NCBI RefSeq assembly: GCF_006345805.1
Contig: NC_042998.1
Location: 148,924,001 to 148,988,000, forward strand
Reading direction: 5' to 3'
Source of the DNA: Octopus sinensis
Lineage: Eukaryota
DNA length: 64,000 bases
Shown: positions 28,196 through 39,525 of the stretch, piece by piece
Position numbering within the stretch: position 1 is the first letter of the stretch
Layout of the letters: every line of letters begins with the position of its first letter
Notes under the pieces: generated by a model
Databases searched by the model: none
Told to the model about the DNA's origin: nothing
The model's input: the letters and a program-made list of their open reading frames with translations, nothing else
Program-made: the position numbers and the translations under genes

Positions 28196-28743
28196 TACAA
28201 GACATAAGATAAAAAGAATACAACCACAGCTGATATCAACTGATATATGTATAGCAAGCTTGGACATGATCAAACCAAATACGGCAGCTATGAAAAACAC
28301 GAAATCAACGCAACATCGTCCAATGTAAAATAATATGATACGGCATAAAAGAAATAAAGGAAAAAGAGTGAAGTGCAGGAACAACTGTTGTGGCTTTAAA
28401 CACCGCGAACATCGTCAGTTGAATGATACTTCTTACTGAAATATTTGAGGCAGGGAGATGAATTACTGGGTAAACTCTTGAATGTATTTCTAGGAAAAGG
28501 AGAACTGGGAGAATGTTTCACAAGAAAGGGAAATAATTAATACCTAAATTTGACGGCAAATGATAAACCTAGAGATCTGCCAGATTTAGCTTTGTTATCA
28601 ATGCAGTCAATCAGCTATCAACATCTTACACATACCCACATATGCATGCACACCTACATCACTCAGACACACAGAGACGAATATCCACACATATACACAC
28701 ATCTTTATCTATCTGTCTATCTATCTATCTATCTATCTATCTA

Positions 28744-28781
<38 letters not shown>

Positions 28782-28815
28782 CATATATATATATATGCAT
28801 GTGTGCGCGTGCGTG

Positions 28816-28855
<40 letters not shown>

Positions 28856-28914
28856 CTTTCATACATATATATATTCAGATATATGTATATTATATATGTA
28901 TATATATATGTATG

Positions 28915-28950
<36 letters not shown>

Positions 28951-28975
28951 CACACACACTCACACTTACACACGC

Positions 28976-29012
<37 letters not shown>

Positions 29013-30817
29013 TATATATATATATATCTGTGTATGTGTGTGTTCGTATATAAACGTGTGTGTGCATCTATTCATCTATCAATACATACATATTTATATA
29101 TGTGTGATATATATATATATATCACATACACATACGCACACATAGTTATACTTGTGTGCGTATGTGTATATACTTGTTATATGTGTTATACTTGTGTGTG
29201 TATACGCATGCGTGCATGTTTCTGTGTAGAAGAATGTGTTAATAATAAGCACCCTTTATAGGTTGTATACTCAATATTATTAAGTGTATATATAATAAGG
29301 TTTAGACAGTGTATGTAGCAGTTGATAACTGGCGTTCCTCTGGCACCAAATGGGAAACCCAATTCTGACTGAGTCAAAGAATGATCGTCAACACAGAATG
29401 CCATCAAATAGTCGAAGAACTGATCCTCTTGAAGTGACATGATGACATGAGATGCGTATTGTTCTTCTGTCGTATGAATCTAACATCGTAGGCGTGTTTG
29501 TTTGGTGGATTAGAGGGCTTTCATGTCTGTGATAGATCACAGAGGAATTTAGTTGAGTTGCCATTCCAAAATGGTATCGAGATCCTGGACCATACACTTT
29601 CAAGATGCATGTGAACGTAATTTATGTATGTATGTATGTATGCATGTGTATGTGTGTCTGTGTGTGTGTGTGTGTGCATTTGGAGAAAGAAGGAGAGAGG
29701 GAGAAAGAGAAAAGTAAGAGAGATTAGGAGAGAGAGATGAGAACAGTACGTGGAGCTATCATCTTTTATGAATGCTTGATTTGACTTAGCTTTGAGTAGA
29801 TCATTAATAGAGTTTGATGTATGTGGGTGATATGCAGGTGGTGGTGGTGATGGTACTAGCAGTGGCAGCGGCGGCGGTGGCGGCGGTGGTGATGGTGATG
29901 GTGGGAATGACCATACATAGAGTCATCCATCATCACAGTGAAACAACATCACAAAGAAGTCTCTCCGATCCAAAGGATTACTGATGTTTAGAACTCATAG
30001 AATGGCAACATTGCCAGAAAATTTCCATCCAAGAGATGAAGGATGTTACTATTGAAATATAAAGGATATCAATAAGTTAATAAGGATTTCATAACTCAAG
30101 ATTCTGAAAGTGCTAGTCACTTGAATCAAACCTGGTTTATGCGTGTCGCGCGCACACACGTGCACACGCACACACTCACTCACTCACTCACCTCACTCAC
30201 TCACTCACTCACTCACTCACTCACTCACTCACTCACTTACTCACTCACACACATACACACACATGCACAAACAACGCACTCGCATACGTTCTCACTTTCT
30301 CTGTCTCTCTCATACACACTTACACACACACACACAAACGCTAACACACAAACACGTTTTGAGTTCAAAGCCCATCGAAGTCACCTTTACCTTTTATGCT
30401 TTCGGAGGGTCGATAAAATAATGTACCAGGCAAGTACTGGGGTCAGTGATGTCGATTCACTCCGCCGTCCACTCAAAATCTTTTGCCTTGTGGCTAGAGC
30501 AGTGACACTAAAATTCTATCCTGCCAAAACTTGAACAAACTTGTTGAAGCGAAACGAAATTTTCTAAAAATAGAAAGAAATATACAGAAGAAAAAAAAAT
30601 AAAAGACAGAAGTACAAACAGTATAATATAGAAACTCTTATACACGCACACAAGACACACATACACATAGGCACACTGACACAGACACACACACAGAAAC
30701 ACTGACGTAAACGCGTGCGCACACAAATATACATACCACAGGAAGACAAAATGGAATAGACAGGACAAGGGGAGACACGTGGGACAGAAAGTCGTTGAAG
30801 AGATCACAGTAAATAAA

Positions 30818-30850
<33 letters not shown>

Positions 30851-30872
30851 GTAATAATAATAATAATAATAA

Positions 30873-30908
<36 letters not shown>

Positions 30909-32180
30909 TATGAAAATCAAATAAATAGTGCTTGTGTTTAATCAGCAAAAGATGACCATTCCCAAGTATAACAATACATTAAGAAAACATTGACATTAAA
31001 AATACAATAAACTTTTTTTTAATACCAGAGTAAGCTTTAAAGAGAGAGAGAGAGAGTTCGTCGAAACAGCATCACTTGCAGACTTGATAATACACCAGCG
31101 ACATGAGAAATAAATGCTAAAAGAGTCTAGTATCACAAATAGATTCTAATGGAACCTTTTCCTTGATGGGCAAAAGTCCTTCTATGTGTTTGGTTACTCT
31201 TCTAAAAATGGCAATAACTCGTCTCTCAAATTACTTTGGAATATTCACTTCTTAATAAAGTATTCATGTAATACTTCACAACCATCGGAACGTGGAGCGC
31301 TCCTCACGAACACAGGTTCGTGGGATGGTTGTGATCTGTAAACAGTTTTGAGTGTGAACTGGAAAGAGCAGTATGAACACACAATCTCCATGTGCACACT
31401 GAATTCGTAAAACGGAAGAGAAGAATAAAACGGGTTATATGATGGTATGTATGCTACATCTGACACCACTATCATGCAGCTTTGCTGCAATTTTTTGTTT
31501 TAATAAAAACAGAGGCTACTGAGCTGTAAGAAACTGTTAATCTTCTCGTATAGAAAATTTGTTTTATGTTGAGTTTCATGTCAACAATAGGAAGAGTTAT
31601 CATGAAGAACGTAGAGGTTGCTAAGAAAGCGTTTAGCTGGCTTTGGCAGGAAAAAGGTGAATGATTGGGGTCAGTAGGATGTCTCTTCGACACAGGTCTA
31701 AGCTTGACCAGCCGAAGTTGGACCTCCTTGTTGAGAATGTATGTACGTTGTAAGACCCGAATTAACTAGTGATTCCAGGATACAGCGCTGACGATTTGTC
31801 TAAGTATTGCATCTTAGTATGTTGAACGCTACCTGGTAATGCAAAACATTCAGTCGACAAATACTGAAGAAACAATGTATTTGGAACGTCTTTGTTTTGT
31901 ACGGCATCTGATGTTAACTGGTTTAGCTTCTTTGCCTTCAATAATTTACTTTCACTCGAGTGGTCTAAGGGATACACATGACACAACTCCTCTTTGTTGT
32001 GTGTGTGTGCGTGTATGTGTGTAAACATATATATGTGTGTGTCTCTGTGAATGTGTGTGTGTATGTATATATGAGTGCATGTGTGTGATATGTGTGGTAG
32101 AGGGGAAGGAGAGAGAGAGAAAAGGAGAGTGTGTGTATGTATGAGTGTGTGTTTGTGTGATTGTGTGTGTGTGTGTGTGT

Positions 32181-32220
<40 letters not shown>

Positions 32221-32632
32221 CAGGAATAGCATTTCTTCTGGTTGAGTGATTTGGTATGAGATGACACAGGTATGGAACTGTATCTCTAGACCTTGTATTT
32301 TCCTTCTCTGAACAATACTGGCGCAGGATGGAGCGAGAAGAGACATTTGGTGAACGGGCAACTGGGGAACTTTATCCAGAACAAGAACTTTCTAGATGCA
32401 AGTATATTGTCAACTCTGACCAAGAGAGACATTAGATAATATAAATATGTGTTTATGCGTTTGTCACCTGTGCGTGTGTATGCACGTATGCTTGCGTGTG
32501 TGTTGTTTGTGTGTGTGTGTGTGTGTGTGTACTGGCTGGGTATCATAACACTGGGTTCACAGTAAGGTCAAAGAAGCATTAGGTGTCATTTATCGGTGTG
32601 TGTTTGTGTACTGCAAGTATGTGTGTGTAATA

Positions 32633-32910
32633 AATGAAAAAAAAATGTATTGTAAATAAACAAAAGACAAGCAAAAAACGTATAAAGTATGTTGAGTGCA
32701 CAAATGGACGGAAGACAAACACAGAAGATCCCTAATTCTTCATCAGTTATCAACCAGGTGGTATTTGGTGCGAAGCTGAGTAATGCCATCAGGTTGGTAA
32801 CTGATGAAGAATTAGGGATCTTCTATGTTTGTCTTCCGTCCATTTGTGCACTCAACATACTTTATACGTTTTTTGCTTGTCTTGTTTTATTTACAAAACA
32901 TTTTTTCATT
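32633..32910. repeat. About 120-bp-arm inverted duplication with 36-nt spacer
   Basis: 32633-32755 is the near-perfect reverse complement of 32792-32910. The opposite-strand ORFs share ITDEELGIF(C/Y)VCLPSICALNILYTFFACL. Confidence 0.9.
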
Positions 32911-32941
32911 CTCACGCAACGCACCCTGACACATACATACA

Positions 32942-33031
<90 letters not shown>

Positions 33032-33755
33032 TACAAAATCCAGAGGAAAACGTAGATGCAACTCAAGGTCCTGGTGTGGCGTAGGTACAAAAGAAGAACT
33101 TAAAATGAATTTAGAATTTAATACGGAAGTTTCAGTAGCATTTTATTGATGTATTCATAGCTTAAATCCACCATCCTCAGGCAAAGTTTTAAGCTTGTAT
33201 AAACTGGTATGGTAAAACCTTGAAGATGATTTCTTTCTTCTCTTTGGTTGCGCTGCTTTCGCGTATTCCCATGACTCTGTCGCCATTCAATTCTATTATT
33301 AAAATGAATTTGAATCGAGAGCTTGAGTCATAGTGAAACTTTCATTAGCTGATTACACAACTGTTGACGCTGCCCCAACGGATGGGTTGTAGTTGCTCTT
33401 TTGTCAGAGCTTGGTGATCCTGACTATTAATCTAGGATCCCTCCGATCAGCATCAATGTAAGAAGTACTGTTAGCTCAACTGAGCTCTTCCGCTACCTGA
33501 AAGAGCTCATGTGAGCCATGCAGCAGTCCCATGAATTCGCCATATCCCTAGCAGGGTGACTGAACTGGTCCTATGCTTTGCCAAAGGGCCACCTGTAACT
33601 ATGCAAGCACTGTCGTCATTCCATGAGATGTTTTCAAATTACCGCTATACCGAACATGATGAGAAAATGATATTTCAAAAAAGAAGTCATATTCGACATA
33701 CATACATACAAACATACACACACACACGCACACGCACACGCACACACACACACAC

Positions 33756-33797
<42 letters not shown>

Positions 33798-34777
33798 CGC
33801 CCACACATGTATATAATGTAATATCATTTGGATATAGATAATTTGTATGTATGCATAACCCATCATATTAAATGACGAAAAAAGATATATTTATTGAAAG
33901 GATCGTCACTGATTAAAAAGAGAAAGCCATCATCTTAATTTCAATTGTTTATTTATTGAGTCCCTTAGCTACTAGAAATAAGGTCAGACATTGGCCCTAT
34001 TGATGACACCTACTGGGCAAGAAACACGAGTCTACGACTGTCCTCCAATCTCCTTACAATAAGTCTATCCTTTTTTTAATGGAATATCTAGTTCGAAGAA
34101 ATTTTGATTCCTTAGATTATCTCCCCTTCTCATGTAATTACCATTCGGTAATTACGACACATCCTCTTGAGACAGAGGTAATTTTAATAAATCAAGGACA
34201 TATATTTTATTACATTTGATATGCCATACAACATAAATTTGTCTAAGATGTTCAAACACATGTCTCTGGCGATCTTGTCTTTACTCATTTTTGCTTAAAT
34301 AATATATACTTATTGATAGATAATACACACATACACGCACACACAAACACACACACTTAAATACATACATATGTATACAAATTCATATATATGTGCGTGA
34401 GCTGGCGCCCATGTCTGTATGTGCGCGTGTGTGTATGCACGCGTGTATTATGTGTGTATGTGCATTATTTTGGTCGTAACAGTCTTTTGCTGCTGTGAGT
34501 TTCACCTGGCACTTTAAAGCAGCTTATAACCCCTGAAGATCCTGTACACTCATAAGAAAAATTCAATGCAGCATGATATTAACACGACGAAAACAAAATA
34601 TAATATTAATCTCTACTATGGCATTCAGTACTCTTTCTTCAAACAGTTAATATTAATCCGATATTTATATATAATAACAAAGGGTAAAATGAATTAATTA
34701 AGTAGTAATCAATAATTTCACCAAGTAGAATTCGGCATGAAAAAGGACCATTTCACGGTAAACTTAAGTAATACTTT

Positions 34778-34992
34778 ATAATTAGGGTTCAGCAAAGATT
34801 TGCTTTACCACATACCGAAGTTTAGAAATAGCAGCCAAAGAACCTTAGCTATTTCCTCTACTTTAAAAAGAGAGTACTTTGCTTTTTTTCCGGGAGTCCC
34901 TTTTTAAAGTAGAAGAAATAGCTAAGGTTCTTTGGCTGCTATTTCTAAACTTCGGTATGTGGTAAAGCAAATCTTTGCTGAATCCTAATTAT
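34778..34992. repeat. 93-bp-arm fold-back palindrome
   Basis: ATAATTAGGGTTCAGCAAAG...CTTTAAAAAG versus its reverse complement, 2 mismatches, about 28-nt loop. Confidence 0.9.
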
Positions 34993-35221
34993 ATATATAT
35001 ATATAAACAATAATAAATCTCTGAACGAGATATAAACAGTAACCGCTCGACAACGTAAGGGGTATTAGCCATCTGAATGTGGCTAGCCACTGGGGGGTGG
35101 GGTGTTACTGATGCTTTTAGCCCCAGGCGATCAACGTCACCAGAAGGACTTTAGACACTATCTCAGTGCCCTTGTGTTATTTGCAAAGGGAGTCATCCTC
35201 CCTCGAAGACCCGAGTACTAA

Positions 35222-35266
35222 CATACGGACTATAGTTTCAAGGTAAATGCCTCTCGTCAACGCATG
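35222..35266 (-). ncRNA. Minimal type I hammerhead ribozyme, array copy 1
   Basis: CATGCG TTGACGA GAGG CATTTA CCTT GAAA CTATAG TC CGTATG. Predicted GUC cleavage between 35228 and 35227. Confidence 0.75.
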
Positions 35267-35576
35267 GTAAGCACCGGTCTTCGATGAAGGAGTCCCCTTG
35301 CAAATAATATATAATGTTTTTCACAGTAACCCCTGTCACTGATGTAGAAAAACTTTCTGAAAACAATAATAAATCTCTGAACGAGATATAAACAGTAACC
35401 GCTCGACAACGTAAGGGGTATTAGCCATCTGAATGTGGCTAGCCACTGGGGGGGGGGGGTTACTGATGCTTTTAGCCCCAGGCGATCAGCGTCACCAGAA
35501 GGACTTTAGACACTATCTCAGTGCCCTTGTGTTATTTGCAAAGGGAAGTCATCCTCCCTCGAAGACCCGAGTACTA

Positions 35577-35621
35577 CATACGGACTATAATTTCAAGGTA
35601 ATTGCCTCTCGTCAACGCATG
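35577..35621 (-). ncRNA. Minimal type I hammerhead ribozyme, array copy 2
   Basis: CATGCG TTGACGA GAGG CAATTA CCTT GAAA TTATAG TC CGTATG. Predicted cleavage between 35583 and 35582. Confidence 0.7.
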
Positions 35622-36073
35622 GTAAGCACCGGTCTTCGATGAAGGAGTCCCCTTGCAAATAATATATAATGTTTTTCACAGTAACCACTGTCACTGATGT
35701 AGAAAAACTGTCTGAAAACAATAATAAATCTCTGAGGCAATTACCTTGAAATTATAGTCCGTATGTAGTACTCGGGTCTTCGAGGGAGGATGACCTCCCT
35801 TTGCAAATAACACAAGGGCACTGAGATAGTGTCTAAAGTCCTTCTGGTGACGTTGATCGCCTGGGGCTAAAAGCATCAGTAACACCCCACCCAGTGGCTA
35901 GCCACATTCAGATGGCTAATACCCCTTACGTTGTCGAGCGGTTACTGTTTATATCTCGTTCAGAGATTTATTATTGTTTTCAGACAGTTTTTTTCTACAT
36001 CAGTGACAGTGGTTACTGTGAAAAACAATAATATTATTTGCAAGGGGACTCCTCATCGAAGACCGGTGCTTAC

Positions 36074-36117
36074 CATGCGTTGACGAGAGGCATTACCTTG
36101 AAACTATAGTCCGTATG
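36074..36117 (+). ncRNA. Minimal type I hammerhead ribozyme, array copy 4 (copy 3 at 35734-35765 lacks its 5' half)
   Basis: CATGCG TTGACGA GAGG CATTA CCTT GAAA CTATAG TC CGTATG. Predicted cleavage after C36111. Confidence 0.75.
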
Positions 36118-36312
36118 TAGTACTCGGGTCTTCGAGGGAGGATGACCTCCCTTGTTGCAAATAACACAAGGGCACTGAGATAGTTTCTAAAGTCCTTCTG
36201 GTGACGGTTGATCGCCTGGGGCTAAAAGCATCAGTAACACCCCCCCCCCCCAGTCGCTAGCCACATTCAGATGGCTAATACCCCTTACGTTATATATATA
36301 TATATATAGATA

Positions 36313-36344
<32 letters not shown>

Positions 36345-36682
36345 ATTAGGGAATAATCTAAACTTACAGGGAAAAATCAGATTTAGGATTGAATCCAATT
36401 TTATAGTAAATATTATATTATATTAAATTAGAGATAAAACCACTATTAGGCAAATCATACAATGAAAACTTAAGCTAATACATAAGATTATTTAATTTAT
36501 ATTATTTAAATATATAACAAAATTATTAAAAATTATATTTTTTAAAATAATTTTGTTATATATTTAAATAATATAAATTAAATAATCTTATGTATTGGCT
36601 TAAGTTTTTCATTGTTATGATTTGTCTAATAGTGGTTTTATATATATCTAATTTAATATATATATATATATATATAATCAAC

Positions 36683-37062
36683 TAAGGAGTGGCTGTGTGG
36701 TAAGTAGCTGCTAACCAACCACATGGTTCTGGGTTCAGTCCCACTGCGTGGCATCTTGGGCAAGTGTCTTCTGCTATAGCCCCGGGCCGACCAATGCCTT
36801 GTGAGTTGATTTGGTAACGGAAACTGAAGAAGCCTGTCGTATATATGTATATAGTGGTGTTGTGTCTGTGTTTGGTTCCCCTAGCATTGCTTGACAACCG
36901 ATGCTGGTGTGTTTACATCCCCGTCACTTTAGCGGTTCGGCAAAAAGAGACCGATAGATAAGTACTGGGCTTACAAAAAGAATAAGTCCCGGGGTCGGTT
37001 GCTTGACTAAAAGGCGGTGCTCCAGCATGGCAGCAGTCCAAATGACTGAAACAAGTAAAGGA
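36683..37062 (+). mobile_element. SINE family B, full length
   Basis: tRNA-like head, CATCTTGGGCAAG CORE-like box, short (TA/TG) spacer, and tail ending ATGACTGAAACAAGTAAAG. Confidence 0.85.
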
Positions 37063-37127
37063 TTAAAGGATTAATGTGAGGGTGAGAAAGCTGTATATAC
37101 TATTTAATAGTACATCCATTTAACACC

Positions 37128-37227
37128 NNNNNNNNNNNNNNNNNNNNNNNNNNNNNNNNNNNNNNNNNNNNNNNNNNNNNNNNNNNNNNNNNNNNNNNNN
37201 NNNNNNNNNNNNNNNNNNNNNNNNNNN
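37128..37227. other. Assembly gap (100 N)
   Basis: Exactly 100 N, typical of a scaffolding placeholder. True distance and orientation across it are unknown. Confidence 0.98.
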
Positions 37228-37544
37228 GGCTCCCTTTCTTTCCTGATGAGAAGATTGCATAATGCACCCTTTATTCCTTTGGAATGAAAACATGTTGTCT
37301 TCGAAACATATGTCGAGAGTAAAAAAATTTTGTTAACATCTTCGTTCGACTCCATTCTTTCATTTATTCATATACAACACACAAATCTCTGCACATGAAC
37401 CCGGAGTTTCTACCTTTGGACAGGTCGCTTCAACCGTGTTTCTGAAGTGAAATTGCTACCCAGGTTTCGGTTAGACGAATTTTCCATGCTGACGATAAAC
37501 ATAGGATAATTCATTCACATATTTATATATATATACATATATAT

Positions 37545-38260
37545 ATATATAGGGAGAATTCACAAAAAACAACAAAGGACGAACACAGGTGGTGTAGACA
37601 ACAAACTGATGTTTTAGTATAACGCTCGGGAAGTGAAAAAGTCTTTAACGTTTCGAACCTACGCTCTTCCACAGACAGGAACTCAGAAAGAAACAAGGAG
37701 AGAAAATAAAGAATGTGTAGTGGCTAGCGATCTATCATGACGAATGCCGGACAGAAGGGTCACACAGGAGAGCTAGGGAGAAGGGGAGATAATAAAATAG
37801 TGGTGATCCTAAAATGAAGGTGTACGTGCGTGTATATAAGAGAGTTTGTATGTGCGTGTGGAAGAGGGCGGTTGATCTTGACGTGTGCGTGTGTGTATGT
37901 GTAAGTGTGAAAATGTGTGTCTGGGAAGCTGTCAGTGCTTATGTGTACGTGGTGTAATGGATGGGGTGGGGTGGAATGGGGAAGGATAGTGAAGGTGGAG
38001 GTGGAATGTGTAGGGGTGGGGTGGGCTTACGAGGGAGGGATGACGATGAAGGGGTTAGGAGTGAAGAGAAGAGGTAGAAGTCGGGGGAAGAGAGGAGAAG
38101 TGGGTGGGAGGAAGTAGGTGTGAAGGGGAGAAATGCGAGGGGAGGAGAGTTGAGCCCATGTGGCACAAAGGAGCAAAGAGAGAAGATTAATCCCTGTTTA
38201 CGGCGCAAACGGGAGTCCGGATTGCCCCTGTGCAAAGACAAACCAAACACGGACAAATAC
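37545..38260 (-). mobile_element. 3' end of a Penelope-like element (GIY-YIG C-terminus plus pseudo-LTR with hammerhead-like motif)
   Basis: Minus translation SRLRRKQGLIFSLCSFVPHGLN (about 38215-38150) resembles the PLE endonuclease terminal RxxxExxxIxxLxTxxPxGLN. It is followed by CTGTGGA A GAGC GTAG GTTC GAAA CG TT AAAGAC at 37679-37641. Confidence 0.65.
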
Positions 38261-38277
38261 ATACATACATAATGTGG

Positions 38278-38333
<56 letters not shown>

Positions 38334-38607
38334 TATATATATATATGTAGATACACGCATATATGAATACAGAGTGATTGAAAAGTTTCTTCAGTATTAA
38401 TATAAACAAGCATTCAATAAAGTTGAGCTTTATAAAGTTGGCTAGGTCTATCTATCTTTGTTTGTCTATTTGTTTGTCTGTCTGTCTGTCTGTCTCTTTC
38501 TCCCTTTCTCACTCATTCACATGTTCCCTTTCACTAAACTCCCTTCTGCATTTCTTTACCTCTCGAGAACTATTTCCTATTGTGACTACCACGCCTTAAG
38601 CACTTAC

Positions 38608-38698
38608 CTCATCTCTTTGCCTTGCCATTGATTCATCAAACCTGTTTGACCAACCAAGTGTGTATTTGTGTATACTCTTCAATACACCATGCAGTGGT
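38608..38698 (-). CDS. Candidate 91-nt internal coding exon (unidentified)
   Basis: TTTTATGCAAATTAG| ... GAG|GTAAGT (consensus donor). Open frame (R)PLHGVLKSIHKYTLGWSNRFDESMARQRDE in apparently non-repeat sequence. Confidence 0.35.
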
Positions 38699-38891
38699 CT
38701 AATTTGCATAAAATTGCATGTAATGACAACATCGTTTATTGGTTAATTAGAGATTAGGAAAGAAAAACAGCTGTTTTCGATTCTTGGGGTTCTGTTTTTC
38801 TTCTGGAGTTACTTAGCGATCTTTTAAAAAACGTTTTGTATGAATGTAGATTAGTTTGAGACTGTGGGATTCAACACATCGTGTAGGTAAG

Positions 38892-38936
<45 letters not shown>

Positions 38937-38999
38937 TCTCTGGCCTCCTACAAGTTGATGCGCCTTGACTCGTATGAATCCATAAAACAAAATCTTATG

Positions 39000-39035
<36 letters not shown>

Positions 39036-39489
39036 CTAAACACTGCTTAGCGCTAACATTTCATTATTTTCCTCGATCAGGCGATCTACCGGCGCAAATC
39101 AGTCAACACTGTTGGCTAAAATATACATAAAGCTATTGCTTTATAAGTTCGTACAGACTTGCTTCTCTTAAGTATATCTCTTTGATAAAAAGTAAGAAGC
39201 TTGAAACACCGATGTCTTGGATTCCTAATAGATGGCGACATTGAACGAATCGGGTGTTTTCACTCTTTTTTACCATTAAAGAGATGTATATTCTCCACGG
39301 TAACTGCAGTATATTTGCTTTTTACCAGTTGAAGCATTTCACAAACATATTTCAACTAACCCAAATTCTGTTTATGCCTAAACCCTGCGTAACGCTAATA
39401 CTTCATTATATACTCATATATAAATGTAAATGCATGTGAATCGTTGGCGATTTTCTTCCTCCGTCTTCCTTTCTATTGGAATTTCCTTT

Positions 39490-39525
39490 GTTTATGAAGA
39501 AGTGCGTTTGCTCGAAACGTTAAAC
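39490..39525 (+). ncRNA. Degenerate hammerhead-like motif (family of 60388)
   Basis: GTTT ATGAAGA A GTGC GTTT GCTC GAAA CG TT AAAC; C3A and a helix II mismatch. Confidence 0.5.

Larger units (their letters stand above)
35005..36290. mobile_element. Tandem plus inverted array of a 355-bp hammerhead-bearing unit (candidate retrozyme or non-autonomous Penelope-like element)
   Basis: Two direct copies (period 355 bp) to 35733, then inverted copies 35734-36290. (TA)n lies on both flanks. One hammerhead per unit; no convincing ORF. Confidence 0.8.

Noticed and set aside
31240-32400. Tc1/mariner-like peptide fragments
   Set aside because: Matches are short, their order is inconsistent with a single transposase, and no terminal repeats were found.
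33115-33186. Minus-strand CTGAGGA-T-GGTGG...CTACT-GAAA-C-TTCC-G-TA hammerhead-like core
   Set aside because: Helix I cannot be formed from the flanks, so it is at best a relic and was not counted.
35433-35885. 64-69-aa ORFs within the 355-bp unit
   Set aside because: The start depends on a variable G-run, indels between copies shift the frame, and no motif is recognisable.
35005-36290. Array as a CRISPR locus or ordinary satellite
   Set aside because: There are no short repeats with unique spacers and no cas genes, and the context is eukaryotic. Only about 3.5 units with an inversion and an embedded ribozyme fit a retro-element better than a satellite.
37104-37355. ORF spanning the N run
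   Set aside because: Artefact of translating the assembly gap.
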